Assembly (NCBI GenBank): GCA_051530055.1
Contig: CM121343.1
Coordinates: forward strand, 4,620,389 to 4,684,388
Length of the DNA stretch: 64,000 bases
Direction of reading: 5' to 3'
DNA from: Neoechinorhynchus agilis
Taxonomy: Eukaryota > Animalia > Acanthocephala
Shown: positions 38,722 through 50,289 of the stretch, one piece after another
Layout: each line of letters starts with the position of its first letter
Numbering within the stretch: position 1 is the stretch's first letter
Position numbers and translations under genes: made by a program
The notes under the pieces: model-generated
Told to the model about the DNA's origin: nothing
Database searches by the model: none
What the model saw: the letters and a program-made list of their open reading frames with translations, nothing else

Positions 38722-40790
38722 TGTTAAGTCGACCGCCTGACTGGAGAGGACCTGAACCCCGTTGCAAAGGACCTATTTTTCGGAGCCTCATTGTGTGCGC
38801 TCACAAAAAAAGAAGGTGGGATCCGTCCCATCGCCGTATCTTCGACGATACGCCGTCTCACAGGAAAAATTCTCTGCAAACGTATTACAGAGAAAACCGG
38901 ACAGCAACTTCGTCCAGTCCAACTGGGCTGCTGCACATCCTGCGGGGCGGAAGCTATTGTCCACTCGCTCCGAAACTTTGCTACGAGAAGCTCAGTGCCG
39001 TGCGTGATTCTTAAGTGTGATTTTCGGAACGCCTTTAACTCTCTCAATAGAGAAAGCATGTTCTGCGCAATTAGGGATCACGCACCAGAAGCCTTCCAGT
39101 ATTTTCTCAATGCCTACGGGACCGCGACTCCTTGGCTTTTCGAAGACCACCTCATTTAGTCCGAAATAGGAGTGCAACAAGGAGATCCCCTCGATCCAAT
39201 CGCATTCTCCCTAACAGTAAATCCAATAGCGCAATCTCTCCATTCCAGCTTCAACGCTTGGTACTTGGATGACGCTTTGCTCGGAGGTGATCCCTCCGTT
39301 GTACTGCGCGATTTGGAGACACTGATTAGCGAGATTTCGAAGATGGGCATTGAGCTTAATGCTGGAAAATGTGAGCTCCTTGTACTGAATATTGGAGACG
39401 CCGCCAAAGTCAAAGAACTAATGGCTGGATTCGAGGTCGTAGCTTCAGGTCTGAAACTCGTGACTCGGGAACAACTCAGCCTCCTGGGTAGTTGCGTCTT
39501 CGATTCAAATGTGGAAGATGAGATCGGTCGTATCATACCGAAACTTTCGTTGCTGTGCGATAGGGTGTGCGCTCTCTTGGCTCATGAAGCCTTGTTTCTC
39601 ATAAAGAACGCGCTCTTCATCCCCAAATTATTGTACAAGGTTCGCACAGCAACATTTTTCAAACACAAAAAAGGATTGGCAAAGCTGGACGATAAGGTGA
39701 GGGCATGCCTCGAGCGTATTTTAAATATCCAGCTCTCAGATGAGGCGTGGCGACAAGCTTCTTTGCCTTTGTCATTTGGGGGATTGGGAATTCGGGCACT
39801 AGTCGACCTTGCTTTGCCGGCCTTTCTTGGATCGTTTGAGGGGAGCCTACCAGTCTCGAAGAACATTTTGAAGGAAAAGTTCTGTCTTGACCGGGATTTC
39901 GTGGTGGCGGTTGAGGAATGGTGCCAGCAGACAGGCGCTAACCATGTTCCCGTGAATGGCCTCAGACAGTCGATCTCGGACGGACCTCTTGTCGCGAGAG
40001 CTCACAGCTCTCTACTTTCCGGTTCTCGCGATGGGGTCGTCCGAGCTAGACTGTTGGCAGTTTCAACACGAGCATCTGGGGCGTGGTTGGAGGCTGTTTC
40101 TCTGGCATCAGTGGGAACTCTTCTTACTGACGAGGTAACGAGGATCGCAGTATCCTTAAAACTTGGTCTCCCGATATGCACGCCCCATCGCTGTCGATGT
40201 GGGTCTTTGGTTGATGCTTTCGGGCGACACGGTCTCGTCTGCAGAAGGTCAGCAGGAAGGTTTTCACGCCATTCTGAAATCAATAACGCAATTTCTCGGG
40301 CGTTGAGAACGGCGAACTTCCCGAACATCCTGGAACCCGCCCACCTCTGTAGACTAGACGGCCGTAGGCCCGATGGAATTTCGGTCTTCCCGTGGCGGGA
40401 GGGCAAATGCCTTCTCTGGGACGCCACGTGTGTGGATACCCTCGCCGCCAGCAACATCCCCTACTCCCTCGAAATCGCCGGCGGTGCCGCCAGTGCAGCG
40501 GAAGGGAGGAAAATACGGAAATATCTTCACTTATCGAGGGCTCACTATTTTGTTTCTTTTGGGGTAGAGACGTATGGAACGCTCGGCAGCTCGGCACTCT
40601 CTCTGTTCCAGGATCTCTCGAAGAAATTGAGAGAGGCAACCGGAGACTCAAGAGCAGGCGTATTCCCTCGACAAAATATCTCGCTAGCAGTACAACGGGG
40701 CAATGCTGCCAGCGTGATGGCGACGGTCGAGGAAGGACAAAAGCTGGAATTCGGCGGGAGGTGGTGAGTGTGTTAATTGTCGAGAAATGA
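38722..40790 (+). mobile_element. 5'-truncated CRE-clade non-LTR retrotransposon (RT, zinc knuckle, restriction-like endonuclease), inactivated
   Basis: FFGASLCALTKKEGGIRPIAV, LKCDFRNAFNS, GVQQGDPL, WYLDD, GGLG, CRCG..D.FGRHGLVC...RHSEIN, RPDG..FPWREGK.LLWDATCVDTLA. In-frame TAG at 39157-39159 and a frameshift near 38760. Confidence 0.92.
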
Positions 40791-40794
40791 AGAT

Positions 40795-41110
40795 TGATTG
40801 AACCCGTGCATCTTTGAGTTTTCATGTAGCGTTCAAAATGTAAATGTCTTTCCAATTTGCTTAGGTTAGCATCACCCATAAACGCCAATAGCAGCATCGC
40901 TTTCGCTTCGGACACACGTTTCTCGGTTCCGCAGATAACTTTTAACCATAGGTGTCTTTCGAAACGACGAATGTACGTTGTCCATCCTACGCCCGTGGAT
41001 TCCGAACACGGGTCCATTCGGAACAGTTCTAACTTACGGTCCAAATCCTGAATCTCACCGCTGCCACCAATTGAAGTATCTTCACTCCTCATGATAAGTT
41101 TTATTAACGT
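40795..41110 (-). mobile_element. LTR-retrotransposon (gypsy-like) gag N-terminal remnant
   Basis: LELFRMDP...WTTYIRRFERHLWLKVI...AKAMLLLAFMGDANLSKL resembles the gag F.P...W..Y..R.E......K.A.LL...G pattern. No LTR or PBS seen. Confidence 0.5.
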
Positions 41111-41228
41111 TTTTTCAAAACCTGACCAACTGCCAAAAACCAAAAACAAACGCACACACCCCCAAACATCGTTTGGTCATTATCGATCGGACGCGCAGTG
41201 CGTGTCACGATCGCTCACTATATAACAA

Positions 41229-42544
41229 GTTCACAACTAACAAAAGAATGCGCCTTGGATTATTGTCTACGGGGAAAGATACTTTCCTTTGTTAGTGTCA
41301 TAACCTGTAAGTGGAGCATATTTTATGGGCTCTCAGAAACTGGGACACCGTTGCAGATATTTTATATGACCCCGCAGTGTGTCTAAGACCAATGCGAAGG
41401 AAACCAGGCTAAATTTGGTTTCCTCAGCATGTTTATTTCTATATCATTTGTAAGAAAGGTAGGCGACAACTAGCTGTAACATCTAGGAGATTGGTGGTTC
41501 GTTGTTCACTCTCTTCTACTGTTATAGTTTTTTTCTGGCGTAGAGAAGTTAAAATGATTTTATTTTTAAAATCCGATACTTCGGAAGCACAATCTTGTAC
41601 GTCTTTATCAAGGTCTAAAAAATTCACGTGGGGGTGGATCAATATTTAATGTCCTAAGATTGAGCCTAAAGTCCGCCTTATTCCCTTCAACCGTTTTCAC
41701 CTGGTGGATGAATAGGGCCTCCAAAATTACTCGATGCCATTTTGTTTCACTTTGTGCCAAAATGGTAGCGTTGTCAATGTTCATTAAGTGGCCCTGTTGG
41801 GCGAAATGGTTGAGTATTGCGGAACTGGCATCGGTACCTCTCCTAAGAGCGTATATTTGTGTTCCTCAATTCTTCTTTGTAAATTGATGGTTTGGTGGCC
41901 CACATCCGACTTTTCACATTCTGTGCAAGGAATTTTGTACACCACTCCTTTGCCTTGATGTTCTTCGCGTTTCTTCACCATGGAAGTTAGTTGCTTTCCT
42001 TCCTTCGTGTAGATACAACACTCCACGTCTTTTGACGCACCTTTTTTGATCAGGCTGCTAATTTTAGTGAAGACCTCCTCGTCGACGAATGATGCACCTG
42101 TGAATGCTTTTTGTTTTGACTTCTGGCACATAGTTTTCTTTGCATAGTCCATTTAATGTTATTGTATCTCAAATTTAATCTGTTGATATCGGTGTTATTT
42201 TCAACAATAAATATTTCTTGAGTCCAATGAGGCAACTTAATATCTTTTTACACCGTCGCATTAACAGCTCAGATAGGGTTTTAGCTAGAGGTGATCATTA
42301 AAACACCACAATAAACATACATTGACCAACATAATCGTGTGCTTAGGTTGAGCATGGACGATGAAAGTAAAAGATTACGTATTTACTAAATTATTTGACA
42401 ATAAACTTATCTAATATTCTATTACCGAATCAATGATTTCCCTTTACTATGGTGAATATCGCACTTTTGAGACCTCAAACGAAACCATCTTTTAGCATTT
42501 CGCGCTTAAAGAACGCACTTATATAAAGTTCGTATAGTTGACAA
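41229..42544. repeat. Direct repeat copy 1 (~1.3 kb) containing a minus-strand PLE GIY-YIG/pLTR fragment
   Basis: Near-identical to 47187-48688 from GTTCACAACTAAC to TATAGTTGACAA; the ORF-track proteins of the two copies are identical. Confidence 0.95.
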
Positions 42545-42859
42545 AAACATATCCGAATAATTGACGCTTGGATAACCGATGTTCCACTGTATTAACATTA
42601 ATGCTCACAGGGGCGCACGACGAAGTCGAACATAAGACTTTGAGGCTTTTGGATACGTTATGATTTACTTGTGGGATCTTCCAGGTATGTATTCAAGAAT
42701 TCAATTTCGCGGTACGACTCTAGGCAAACGACTTTCTTTATTCGTTTTTGGGCATATCAAACCCTCCTTAATGCACGAGTTGCTAAGATCTATCGTGCAG
42801 GAGAGCCATCAAAATGTTAAGATTAGCTTGAAGAAATTATGGTTTTTGAATGCATTTTT

Positions 42860-43180
42860 CAGGAGAACATCTTTATCACGCTTGGTCCGACGGCACCAAT
42901 TGTCTCCACAACGAGAGAGGTTGGAAAATGTAGTGACAGATCGAGGCATATCTATTTCTTCTTCTTTTCGGTGCCCTTTTCGTTACCTCACCGGCTCCTG
43001 AAACTGCAAGTTAAAAGTTGCGCTTATCAATCGTAATTGGACACCCACGGAACTGTTGATACGACGTCCAGTCTTTTCCCGTCATCTTTGTGTGAACCGA
43101 CTGGCTCAAGAAGAGATGGAATGCCGCCGCCAAGGCTTTTATTGGAGTATTCACCATGCTGTGGCAATTGCGCTTGACCA
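42860..43180 (-). mobile_element. Old, degenerate CRE-type endonuclease fragment
   Basis: Frameshifted pieces HSMVNT.IKAL, GIPSLLEPVGSHKDDGKRLDVVSTVPW and HFPTSLVVETIGAVGP align with the RLE domain at 40.3-40.6 kb. Confidence 0.65.
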
Positions 43181-43770
43181 TAGTTTGGGGGCAATCCAGC
43201 CTATTAGAATTAAGCAGTATCTCCTTTCGCGGCAAACTCTTTAGGAGTTATTTAATGGATCCTTGCAACAAAAACATTTCCCCTTTAGGACGATATCTTA
43301 ACGTAATCTATGCTATTCTGGAAATCCTGATAAATACATTCGATCAGCTTTTGAGAATTGGACGAAAGAGCTTATGAGAATGATTCCAATCGGAAAAATA
43401 GCAGGCTGTATTCATCTCAAACGAAGATCCACACGGAATGACACCTTAAGATTCAAAAGGCAACCAAATAGAATACCGTAAATGTTTTATGAAGGTGGGA
43501 CAATATTATTGTCTATTCCAACAGAGAAAAAATCAAGTACATCCACCTTCGATTATGAAATTGAACGCTCTCAGTGGAACAACGCCCACCGAAAGTGATG
43601 AACCTCCTCCACTTTCAGACTTCCCCACGATTGCCATGAAGTTAGTATTTGAGATAAGTTCCAAATACGGAAGAAACAAGAGATTCTAGCGACCAATGTT
43701 GTTATGACTGGATCACCGCATGCTAGGAACCGATTTATTTATTCTATTTATCTTTAATCGCGTATACTAA

Positions 43771-43993
43771 GGGTGTTACGATATGTCTTTGGGAGCCTCT
43801 CGGCTAACTCACACACTTCGAAGGCGCTCAACCGCACTCGAAGGGCCGGGGCCTTTGTGCGATCTCAAACCTAACCTTTACCCTTCCAGCAGCCTCGTGA
43901 CTCCCCCCCCCGTGGAACCCAGCGACCAATGGACTTGAACCAGCGACATATTAAGCGCATTTTGAACGCGCTTATGCCACTCGGCCACTGGAC
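43771..43993 (-). mobile_element. tRNA-Leu-like head plus unrelated tail: SINE-like element (family B) or tRNA pseudogene
   Basis: A-box TGGCCGAGTGG, B-box GGTTCAAGTCC and anticodon arm AAGCGCG-TTCAAAA-TGCGCTT (CAA). The acceptor stem does not pair. Only one copy in the window. Confidence 0.55.
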
Positions 43994-44063
43994 CCCTGGA
44001 GCCGACTGATGGTTTGTATTTATTTGCATCTTTCATTCACGTAGTCAAATATGTTTTTGGTTG

Positions 44064-44250
44064 GTGACGTTTATTCTAATGAAACGTCATTTTCGGATTA
44101 CGTCATCGAAGTGACGTTCGTTCCAATGAAACGTCATTTTCCGATTACATTATCGAAGTGACGTTTATTCTAATGAAACGTCATTTTCGGATTACGTCAT
44201 CGAAGTGACGTTCGTTCCAATGAAACGTCATTTTCGGATTACATTATCGC
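44064..44250. repeat. 47-bp tandem repeat x4, organised as two 94-bp A-B dimers
   Basis: Units start at 44064, 44111, 44158 and 44205, alternating GTGACGTTTATTCTAATG and GTGACGTTCGTTCCAATG. Confidence 0.95.
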
Positions 44251-44299
44251 ATTTTTTAAGAACATATCGTTTATTTTACTATTTCGTTTTTCATTCTTG

Positions 44300-44720
44300 T
44301 AAACATCCCGACGTTGCCAGTATACTTGCAGCGTTCCCTCGCTGTATCGCAATTGCGATTCGTTGGGCGAGGAAATTTCTCGAGCGCGGTTCCTCCGTCA
44401 TCCTCTTCGTCCCAAATAGTCGAGGAGAGTGAGCGATAATGGTCCCAAGGCTCCATACGTTTCCACGGCAAAAGGGACGAAGTGGTAATTCCTTAGGAGC
44501 TCTCTATATTTTGAACGCTTATGTTCCTCAGCTACGACCGCTGGACCTCTAGGGCTCTTTTTTGAAAAGGGAAAATTACTGGGGGCAAGCGTGTCCACAC
44601 AAGTCGCATCCCATAAAAGAGGCTTCCCCTCCCGCCATGGAAAAACCGTGACACCGTCAGGTCGCTTGCTTTCTAGGCGGCATAAATTACTCGGCTCTAG
44701 AATATTGGGCACGTGAACGG
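44300..44720 (-). mobile_element. CRE-type endonuclease fragment from a second family
   Basis: PNILEPSNLCRLESKRPDGVTVFPWREGKPLLWDATCVDTLAPS...YHFVPFAVETYGALGP, then frameshifted AIAIQRGNAASILAT. Confidence 0.88.
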
Positions 44721-44878
44721 AATCTGACGTATTTTGCAATTCTAAAAATAAAAGGATTAGCGCAAAGACACATTTAAGCGGGGAAATCACGTATTATTCT
44801 TAGAATGGCTTATCGGGTAGATGGTTTTTCACGAAGAATTCAGATTTTAGATAATCCAAACGCACGCATAAAGAATTC

Positions 44879-46649
44879 ATGTCGTCTAGTTTTCCGACGC
44901 AATCGGAATGTACAAGATACGAAATCTTCGAATACGCTCATGAGCCAAACCGAACGTCCAATCAGTCTGACTTGGACAAGATAATCCTTCTGATATTTTT
45001 ATATTTCCTCCAAGGAATACCTCTTGGAATGACAGCGGCGATTCCTTTAATTCTTCAAGCACAAGCAAATCATCCCCCTGATCTCCCGAAAAGACTTGCC
45101 ATCTTCTCGATGGCTATGTGGCCTTTTGCCTTGAAATTCGTATTTGCGCCTATAATTGACTCTCTAAAGCTGCCCTACCTCGGTCTTCGAAAATCGTGGT
45201 TGTTTATTTCACAAACTGGAATAGCAATTGCTCTACTTGTTGCAAGTGCAAGTGTACGTAATGCCGTATTAATTTTCGATATCCATACATTACTTGGATT
45301 ATTCTTGCCTCTTTGCTTATGTGCAGCAATTCAGGATGTTGCGGTTGATGGATGGGCTCTTGCCTTGCTCAGTATGCCAAGTTGGGCATCTACGTGCAAT
45401 TGCGTCGGTCAAAGTGCCGGGTTCATATTTGGGACCGCTGCTGTAACCCTTATCGATTGGAAATATGCAAACAATCTATTCTGGTGGCTTGGAATCGCTT
45501 TCATATGCTCTACACTGATATTAATAATTTTTAAGAAGGAGAAGACTACTGCATGCATGAACAATATTACGCCAGTCGTTGCATAGATCAACAATTCTTC
45601 GATTAGAATTTACTGGGATCTTACGTTTGTGCCGATCAAGAACCAAATGGATTTGAAAATTGAAACCCCGGCACCAACAATGTTTCTTTTAAATTATGAT
45701 AGTTTTACTACTTGAAAGAACATTACCCCACTTTCAACGTTCTTTGTACGGTCAACACGTAATTGAAATGCTTGCGGAAACGTCTGAATTGTGTTTTGAC
45801 GAGTTTTCATTGGATAACTATAATTGAGAACTGTTGATGTACAAGGAAATGGCTGAGGTCATCCGCCTGCCTTCTTTTTCCTTGGTCGCCGCATTTCATT
45901 TGACTTCACGAATGAGTTTCGCAATAACCGATCATGTGCTTGGCCTACAGTTCATAGACAGAAACATCGTAGCTCGAAAGTCCCTCCCTTTTTTGGTTTT
46001 GGTGATTGTCACCCCGATTCAAATTTTATTGCCCTTCGTGATTGGCAAGATAATCGTGAATCTAACTCGTCGCAACGGCAGTTCCTTTAAAACATCGTCT
46101 CTCCGTATTTACATGTGGATATATCGACCAAGACTTATATGTTCGGCTCTTTTGAGTACAATGGCAATATTTGCCGGCGAAGGGTGTCAAATCGGAGGGC
46201 AATCATGCTCGGACCAATTATCGAATTCAACCATTTTTAACAGTTGCAATCATTTGGTTACAGATTCCGATAGATGCATTGCTTTTGCAGCGGCATTGTT
46301 CATTCTATTCGTGGCATACAAGGTATTCACGGTTTCCATGTTTGTTGCAACTATGGCTTTCCATGCTGAAATCAGTGACACGCGACTCGCCGGCACATGC
46401 ATGACCCTCGCTAATGCTGTAGCGAATCTGGGTGCTGCTTGGCCTGAGGTTATTGTCCTTTACTTGGTCTCAACTGACAGCATTTCGTCAAACAACTATA
46501 TTACGAGCACAATGTCAACCCGATTCGGAGTACTCAGCTTGATATGTTTAATTTTCGGATTCGTTTGGTATAAGGTTATCTCAGAAAACATTATCCATCG
46601 ATTAGGCGTTACCTCGTGGTTCCTGCATGGAAGGAAACGACAAGCTTAA
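44879..46649 (+). CDS. SLC33A1: Acetyl-CoA transporter AT-1 (MFS), in two ORFs (44879-45586 and ~45830-46649); junction unresolved
   Basis: LLIFLYFLQGIPLG, WPFALKFVFAPIIDS..LGLRKSWL, AIQDVAVDGWAL, ASTCNCVGQSAG, then MAFHAEISD..AGTCMTLANAVANLGAAWP. Confidence 0.85.
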
Positions 46650-47186
46650 TAGGATAACTTAACAACCGATTCTCCCTTGTTGTGTCTTATAAATTCGGTT
46701 CGACGTTAACGCTTCCGAGACGGATTAAGAGAACCGATCACTTAGTATCGCCTCTTATACGAAATTAACGCTGCCGCGCCCACGACCTTTTGAAAATACC
46801 GTAGAACATCGTTTATCCGAACAAATAAAGAATGGACACCATTCGGATACGAGATTTTTCGAATAACCTGAAACCCAGTGTGATGTATCCAGTTTTTAAA
46901 GCAAGGCTACAGATACCAAAGTGCTTTACATGCGGGGGAAGTGGTTTGCGGTAGGAAAATTGGGGGGAAATTACATTATTTTAGCTTTATTGTAGAAATT
47001 AATCACTTATTTTTCTCTTAATCATTGGACATCTTTGTTTTTTCGCTTCAAGGTCTCTGATTGTCGGAAATTGTTGGATTTACAACCTTATAAAACTATA
47101 CTATAGACGTTCCACTTTCTCACGGCGATTTAATATTTTAAGTTTTGTTTCTAAGTTCAGGACGTTGCGCTTCTTTTTCGAAAATG

Positions 47187-48688
47187 GTTCACAACTAACA
47201 AAAGAATGCGCCTTGGATTATTGTCTACGGGGAAAGATACTTTCCTTTGTTAGTTTTGCCACCCCTCGGATTAAAATTCATTGACTTATTGCCGATATTT
47301 CACGTCGGATAATTCCGGCATTCCCCTCTCAATTTTCTCGTTTGTATTTACGATGTTCCTGGTTTTGTGGAAAGATCTTATCGTCGGTTCGGGATAGCTA
47401 ATTGCTCTCTGAGTTTGAGTAATCAAACGTATTTCGACTTGTCATAACCTGTAAGTGGAGCATATTTTATGGGCTCTCAGAAACTGGGACACCGTTGCAG
47501 ATATTTTATATGACCCCGCAGTGTGTCTAAGACCAATGCGAAGGAAACCAGGATAAATTTGGTTTCCTCAGCATGTTTATTTCTATATCATTTGTAAGAA
47601 AGGTAGGCGACAACTAGCTGTAACATCTAGGAGATTGGTGGTTCGTTGTTCACTCTCTTCTACTGTTATAGTTTTTTTCTGGCGTAGAGAAGTTAAAATG
47701 ATTTTATTTTTAAAATCCGATACTTCGGAAGCACAATCTTGTACGTCTTTATCAAGGTCTAAAAAATTCACGTGGGGGTGGATCAATATTTAATGTCCTA
47801 AGATTGAGCCTAAAGTCCGCCTTATTCCCTTCAACCGTTTTCACCTGGTGGATGAATAGGGCCTCCAAAATTACTCGATGCCATTTTGTTTCACTTTGTG
47901 CCAAAATGGTAGCGTTGTCAATGTTCATTAAGTGGCCCTGTTGGGCGAAATGGTTGAGTATTGCGGAACTGGCATCGGTACCTCTCCTAAGAGCGTATAT
48001 TTGTGTTCCTCAATTCTTCTTTGTAAATTGATGGTTTGGTGGCCCACATCCGACTTTTCACATTCTGTGCAAGGAATTTTGTACACCACTCCTTTGCCTT
48101 GATGTTCTTCGCGTTTCTTCACCATGGAAGTTAGTTGCTTTCCTTCCTTCGTGTAGATACAACACTCCACGTCTTTTGACGCACCTTTTTTGATCAGGCT
48201 GCTAATTTTAGTGAAGACCTCCTCGTCGACGAATGATGCACCTGTGAATGCTTTTTGTTTTGACTTCTGGCACATAGTTTTCTTTGCATAGTCCATTTAA
48301 TGTTATTGTATCTCAAATTTAATCTGTTGATATCGGTGTTATTTTCAACAATAAATATTTCTTGAGTCCAATGAGGCAACTTAATATCTTTTTACACCGT
48401 CGCATTAACAGCTCAGATAGGGTTTTAGCTAGAGGTGATCATTAAAACACCACAATAAACATACATTGACCAACATAATCGTGTGCTTAGGTTGAGCATG
48501 GACGATGAAAGTAAAAGATTACGTATTTACTAAATTATTTGACAATAAACTTATCTAATATTCTATTACCGAATCAATGATTTCCCTTTACTATGGTGAA
48601 TATCGCACTTTTGAGACCTCAAACGAAACCATCTTTTAGCATTTCGCGCTTAAAGAACGCACTTATATAAAGTTCGTATAGTTGACAA
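47187..48688. repeat. Direct repeat copy 2, with an extra 186 bp (47255-47440) relative to copy 1; contains the PLE fragment
   Basis: Direct comparison with 41229-42544. Confidence 0.95.
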
Positions 48689-49149
48689 TTGTAACTGAAA
48701 AGGAAAGCTTTATTATGTCCATTGAAATGTTTTCAGTGTTCCTCACTCGACTGTCTCATGAGTCAAAAACTTGCAGAATTCATCGGGTGTTCCTCGTCCA
48801 CTATTTTGCGTGTGTTGAACAAGATGATCATTTAATTAGTCGAATTGGGATGTTATTTCCTTTTTTTCGACTGAAATTCGTAATTTCTCCTTAAGATAAT
48901 GTTAAATTGATCCCCATTTAAATCCGTTTATCTTTCAAGTTTCGGAAGATATATTGTTATTTAGGTTGCTTGTCGACGGCACCCGAGGGAGATCGCGTTA
49001 ACGACAAATATATTTCGACTGTTTGAATCGGAGTTATTTTTATTAATTCAATCTACCTGAATGCAATCCTCAATAGGATCCAGGATACTTTGTGCACATG
49101 AACCTGATTCACTGCAGTGCTGGAAGAATTTCGATGAGATAAACATTGC

Positions 49150-50289
49150 TTGTATGGAAGATATCCAGTTGAGATGCCCCTATTCACGAGTACCAAGATG
49201 CGAACAAAATCGTGTTGTCGCCCAGAGGATAACGACCGAATGGGTCATACATGGATTTCTTACGGTCTAAGGCTAAATTGGTCCGATGTGAAACCCATTT
49301 GGGAATCTAAAGACTACTTGAGTGCATTTGCAATCAAGTACTCCGAGCGATTCCGTGAATTGAATGCATACTTGCGGGCGGTGCTTAAATCGGGTGAGAA
49401 AAGCTCACGAGTATTGGAGCTGACTTCTGATGCGATCTACCTAAATCCGGCAAACTATACTGCATGGTATTTAAGAAGGAAAGTCCTTCAAGGTCTGCAT
49501 AAGATTGATGAGGGACAACAGGAATCTGGATTGCCTAGAAAGCTAATCGATAATGAGATGATATATGGTGAAATACAGTTTTCAGCAACGAAGATTCTCT
49601 CCAATCCCAAAAACTACCAAGTTTGGCATCATCGTCGTCGTTTGTTCGAATGGCTTCACTACATACCGCTGGATGAAGAAAAGTTTTTAAATGTTGCGTT
49701 TGATGCAGAACCGAAAAATTATCATGCTTGGCAGTACCGTCATTGGCTTTGTCGAATGACCACTACCACCAATTGGGTCGGCGAGCATGCGTTTACCGAT
49801 CGCATGATCCACTTTGACGTACGAAATAATTCAGCATGGAACCATCGGTTTTTTGTGCTTGAACAACAGTATCAAGAAGCTTCGGATTCAAAAAATGACG
49901 AACGTAACAATTTGGTAAGTCGTGAACTAAGATTCGCCCTTGCATCAATTCGACAATGTTCGAACAACGAAAGCGCTTACAATTATCTCAGGGGAATATT
50001 GGAGCGCTTTGATTCGAATCACGTTGACCTAGAAATGGTCAATAATTATTTTGAACAAATGAACGTGGACGAACGTTTGTCCTTGGAGATGAAGTTGTTC
50101 CTCTCACGAGATAGATACCTTCGAGAGTCAAAAAAAGGAAATGACTGCTATGAGCAACTAGTTAGAGATATAGACGGTTTTATTTCAAAATTGATCGAAA
50201 TTGACCCAATCAGGACCAATTATTGGATGTACGTTGCTGACTCCATGAAGAAAACTGACCGACCTAGGGGTGGTCAAGAACACTCCTAG
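49150..50289 (+). CDS. FNTA: Protein farnesyltransferase/GGTase-I alpha subunit, intronless; start codon uncertain
   Basis: WSDVKP...AIKYSERF..YLRAV...SSRVLELT.DAIYLNPANYTAW and PPTA repeats PKNYQVWHHRR, PKNYHAWQYRHW, DVRNNSAWNHRFF, NNESAYNYLRG, DPIRTNYW. Confidence 0.95.
   Translation: MYGRYPVEMPLFTSTKMRTKSCCRPEDNDRMGHTWISYGLRLNWSDVKPIWESKDYLSAFAIKYSERFRELNAYLRAVLKSGEKSSRVLELTSDAIYLNPANYTAWYLRRKVLQGLHKIDEGQQESGLPRKLIDNEMIYGEIQFSATKILSNPKNYQVWHHRRRLFEWLHYIPLDEEKFLNVAFDAEPKNYHAWQYRHWLCRMTTTTNWVGEHAFTDRMIHFDVRNNSAWNHRFFVLEQQYQEASDSKNDERNNLVSRELRFALASIRQCSNNESAYNYLRGILERFDSNHVDLEMVNNYFEQMNVDERLSLEMKLFLSRDRYLRESKKGNDCYEQLVRDIDGFISKLIEIDPIRTNYWMYVADSMKKTDRPRGGQEHS

Noticed and set aside
39157-39159. 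Stop-codon reassignment or readthrough suggested by the in-frame TAG in the CRE RT and stops in the PRMT5-like region
   Set aside because: RPB2, EF1-gamma and FNTA have no internal stops over about 1900 codons, and genes end in TAA, TAG and TGA. The TE also has a frameshift, so decay explains it.
43920-43993. tRNA-Sec, from the TTCAAA loop and TGGTTCAAGTCCA T-arm
   Set aside because: Stem register puts CAA, not UCA, at the anticodon; the D-arm is Leu-like and the acceptor stem does not form.
44064-44250. CRISPR-like appearance of palindromic short repeats
   Set aside because: Units are contiguous with no unique spacers, there are no cas genes, and the context is eukaryotic.
47255-47440. The 186-bp indel between the direct repeats as a spliced-out intron (retrocopy signature)
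   Set aside because: No GT-AG boundaries on either strand in any register.
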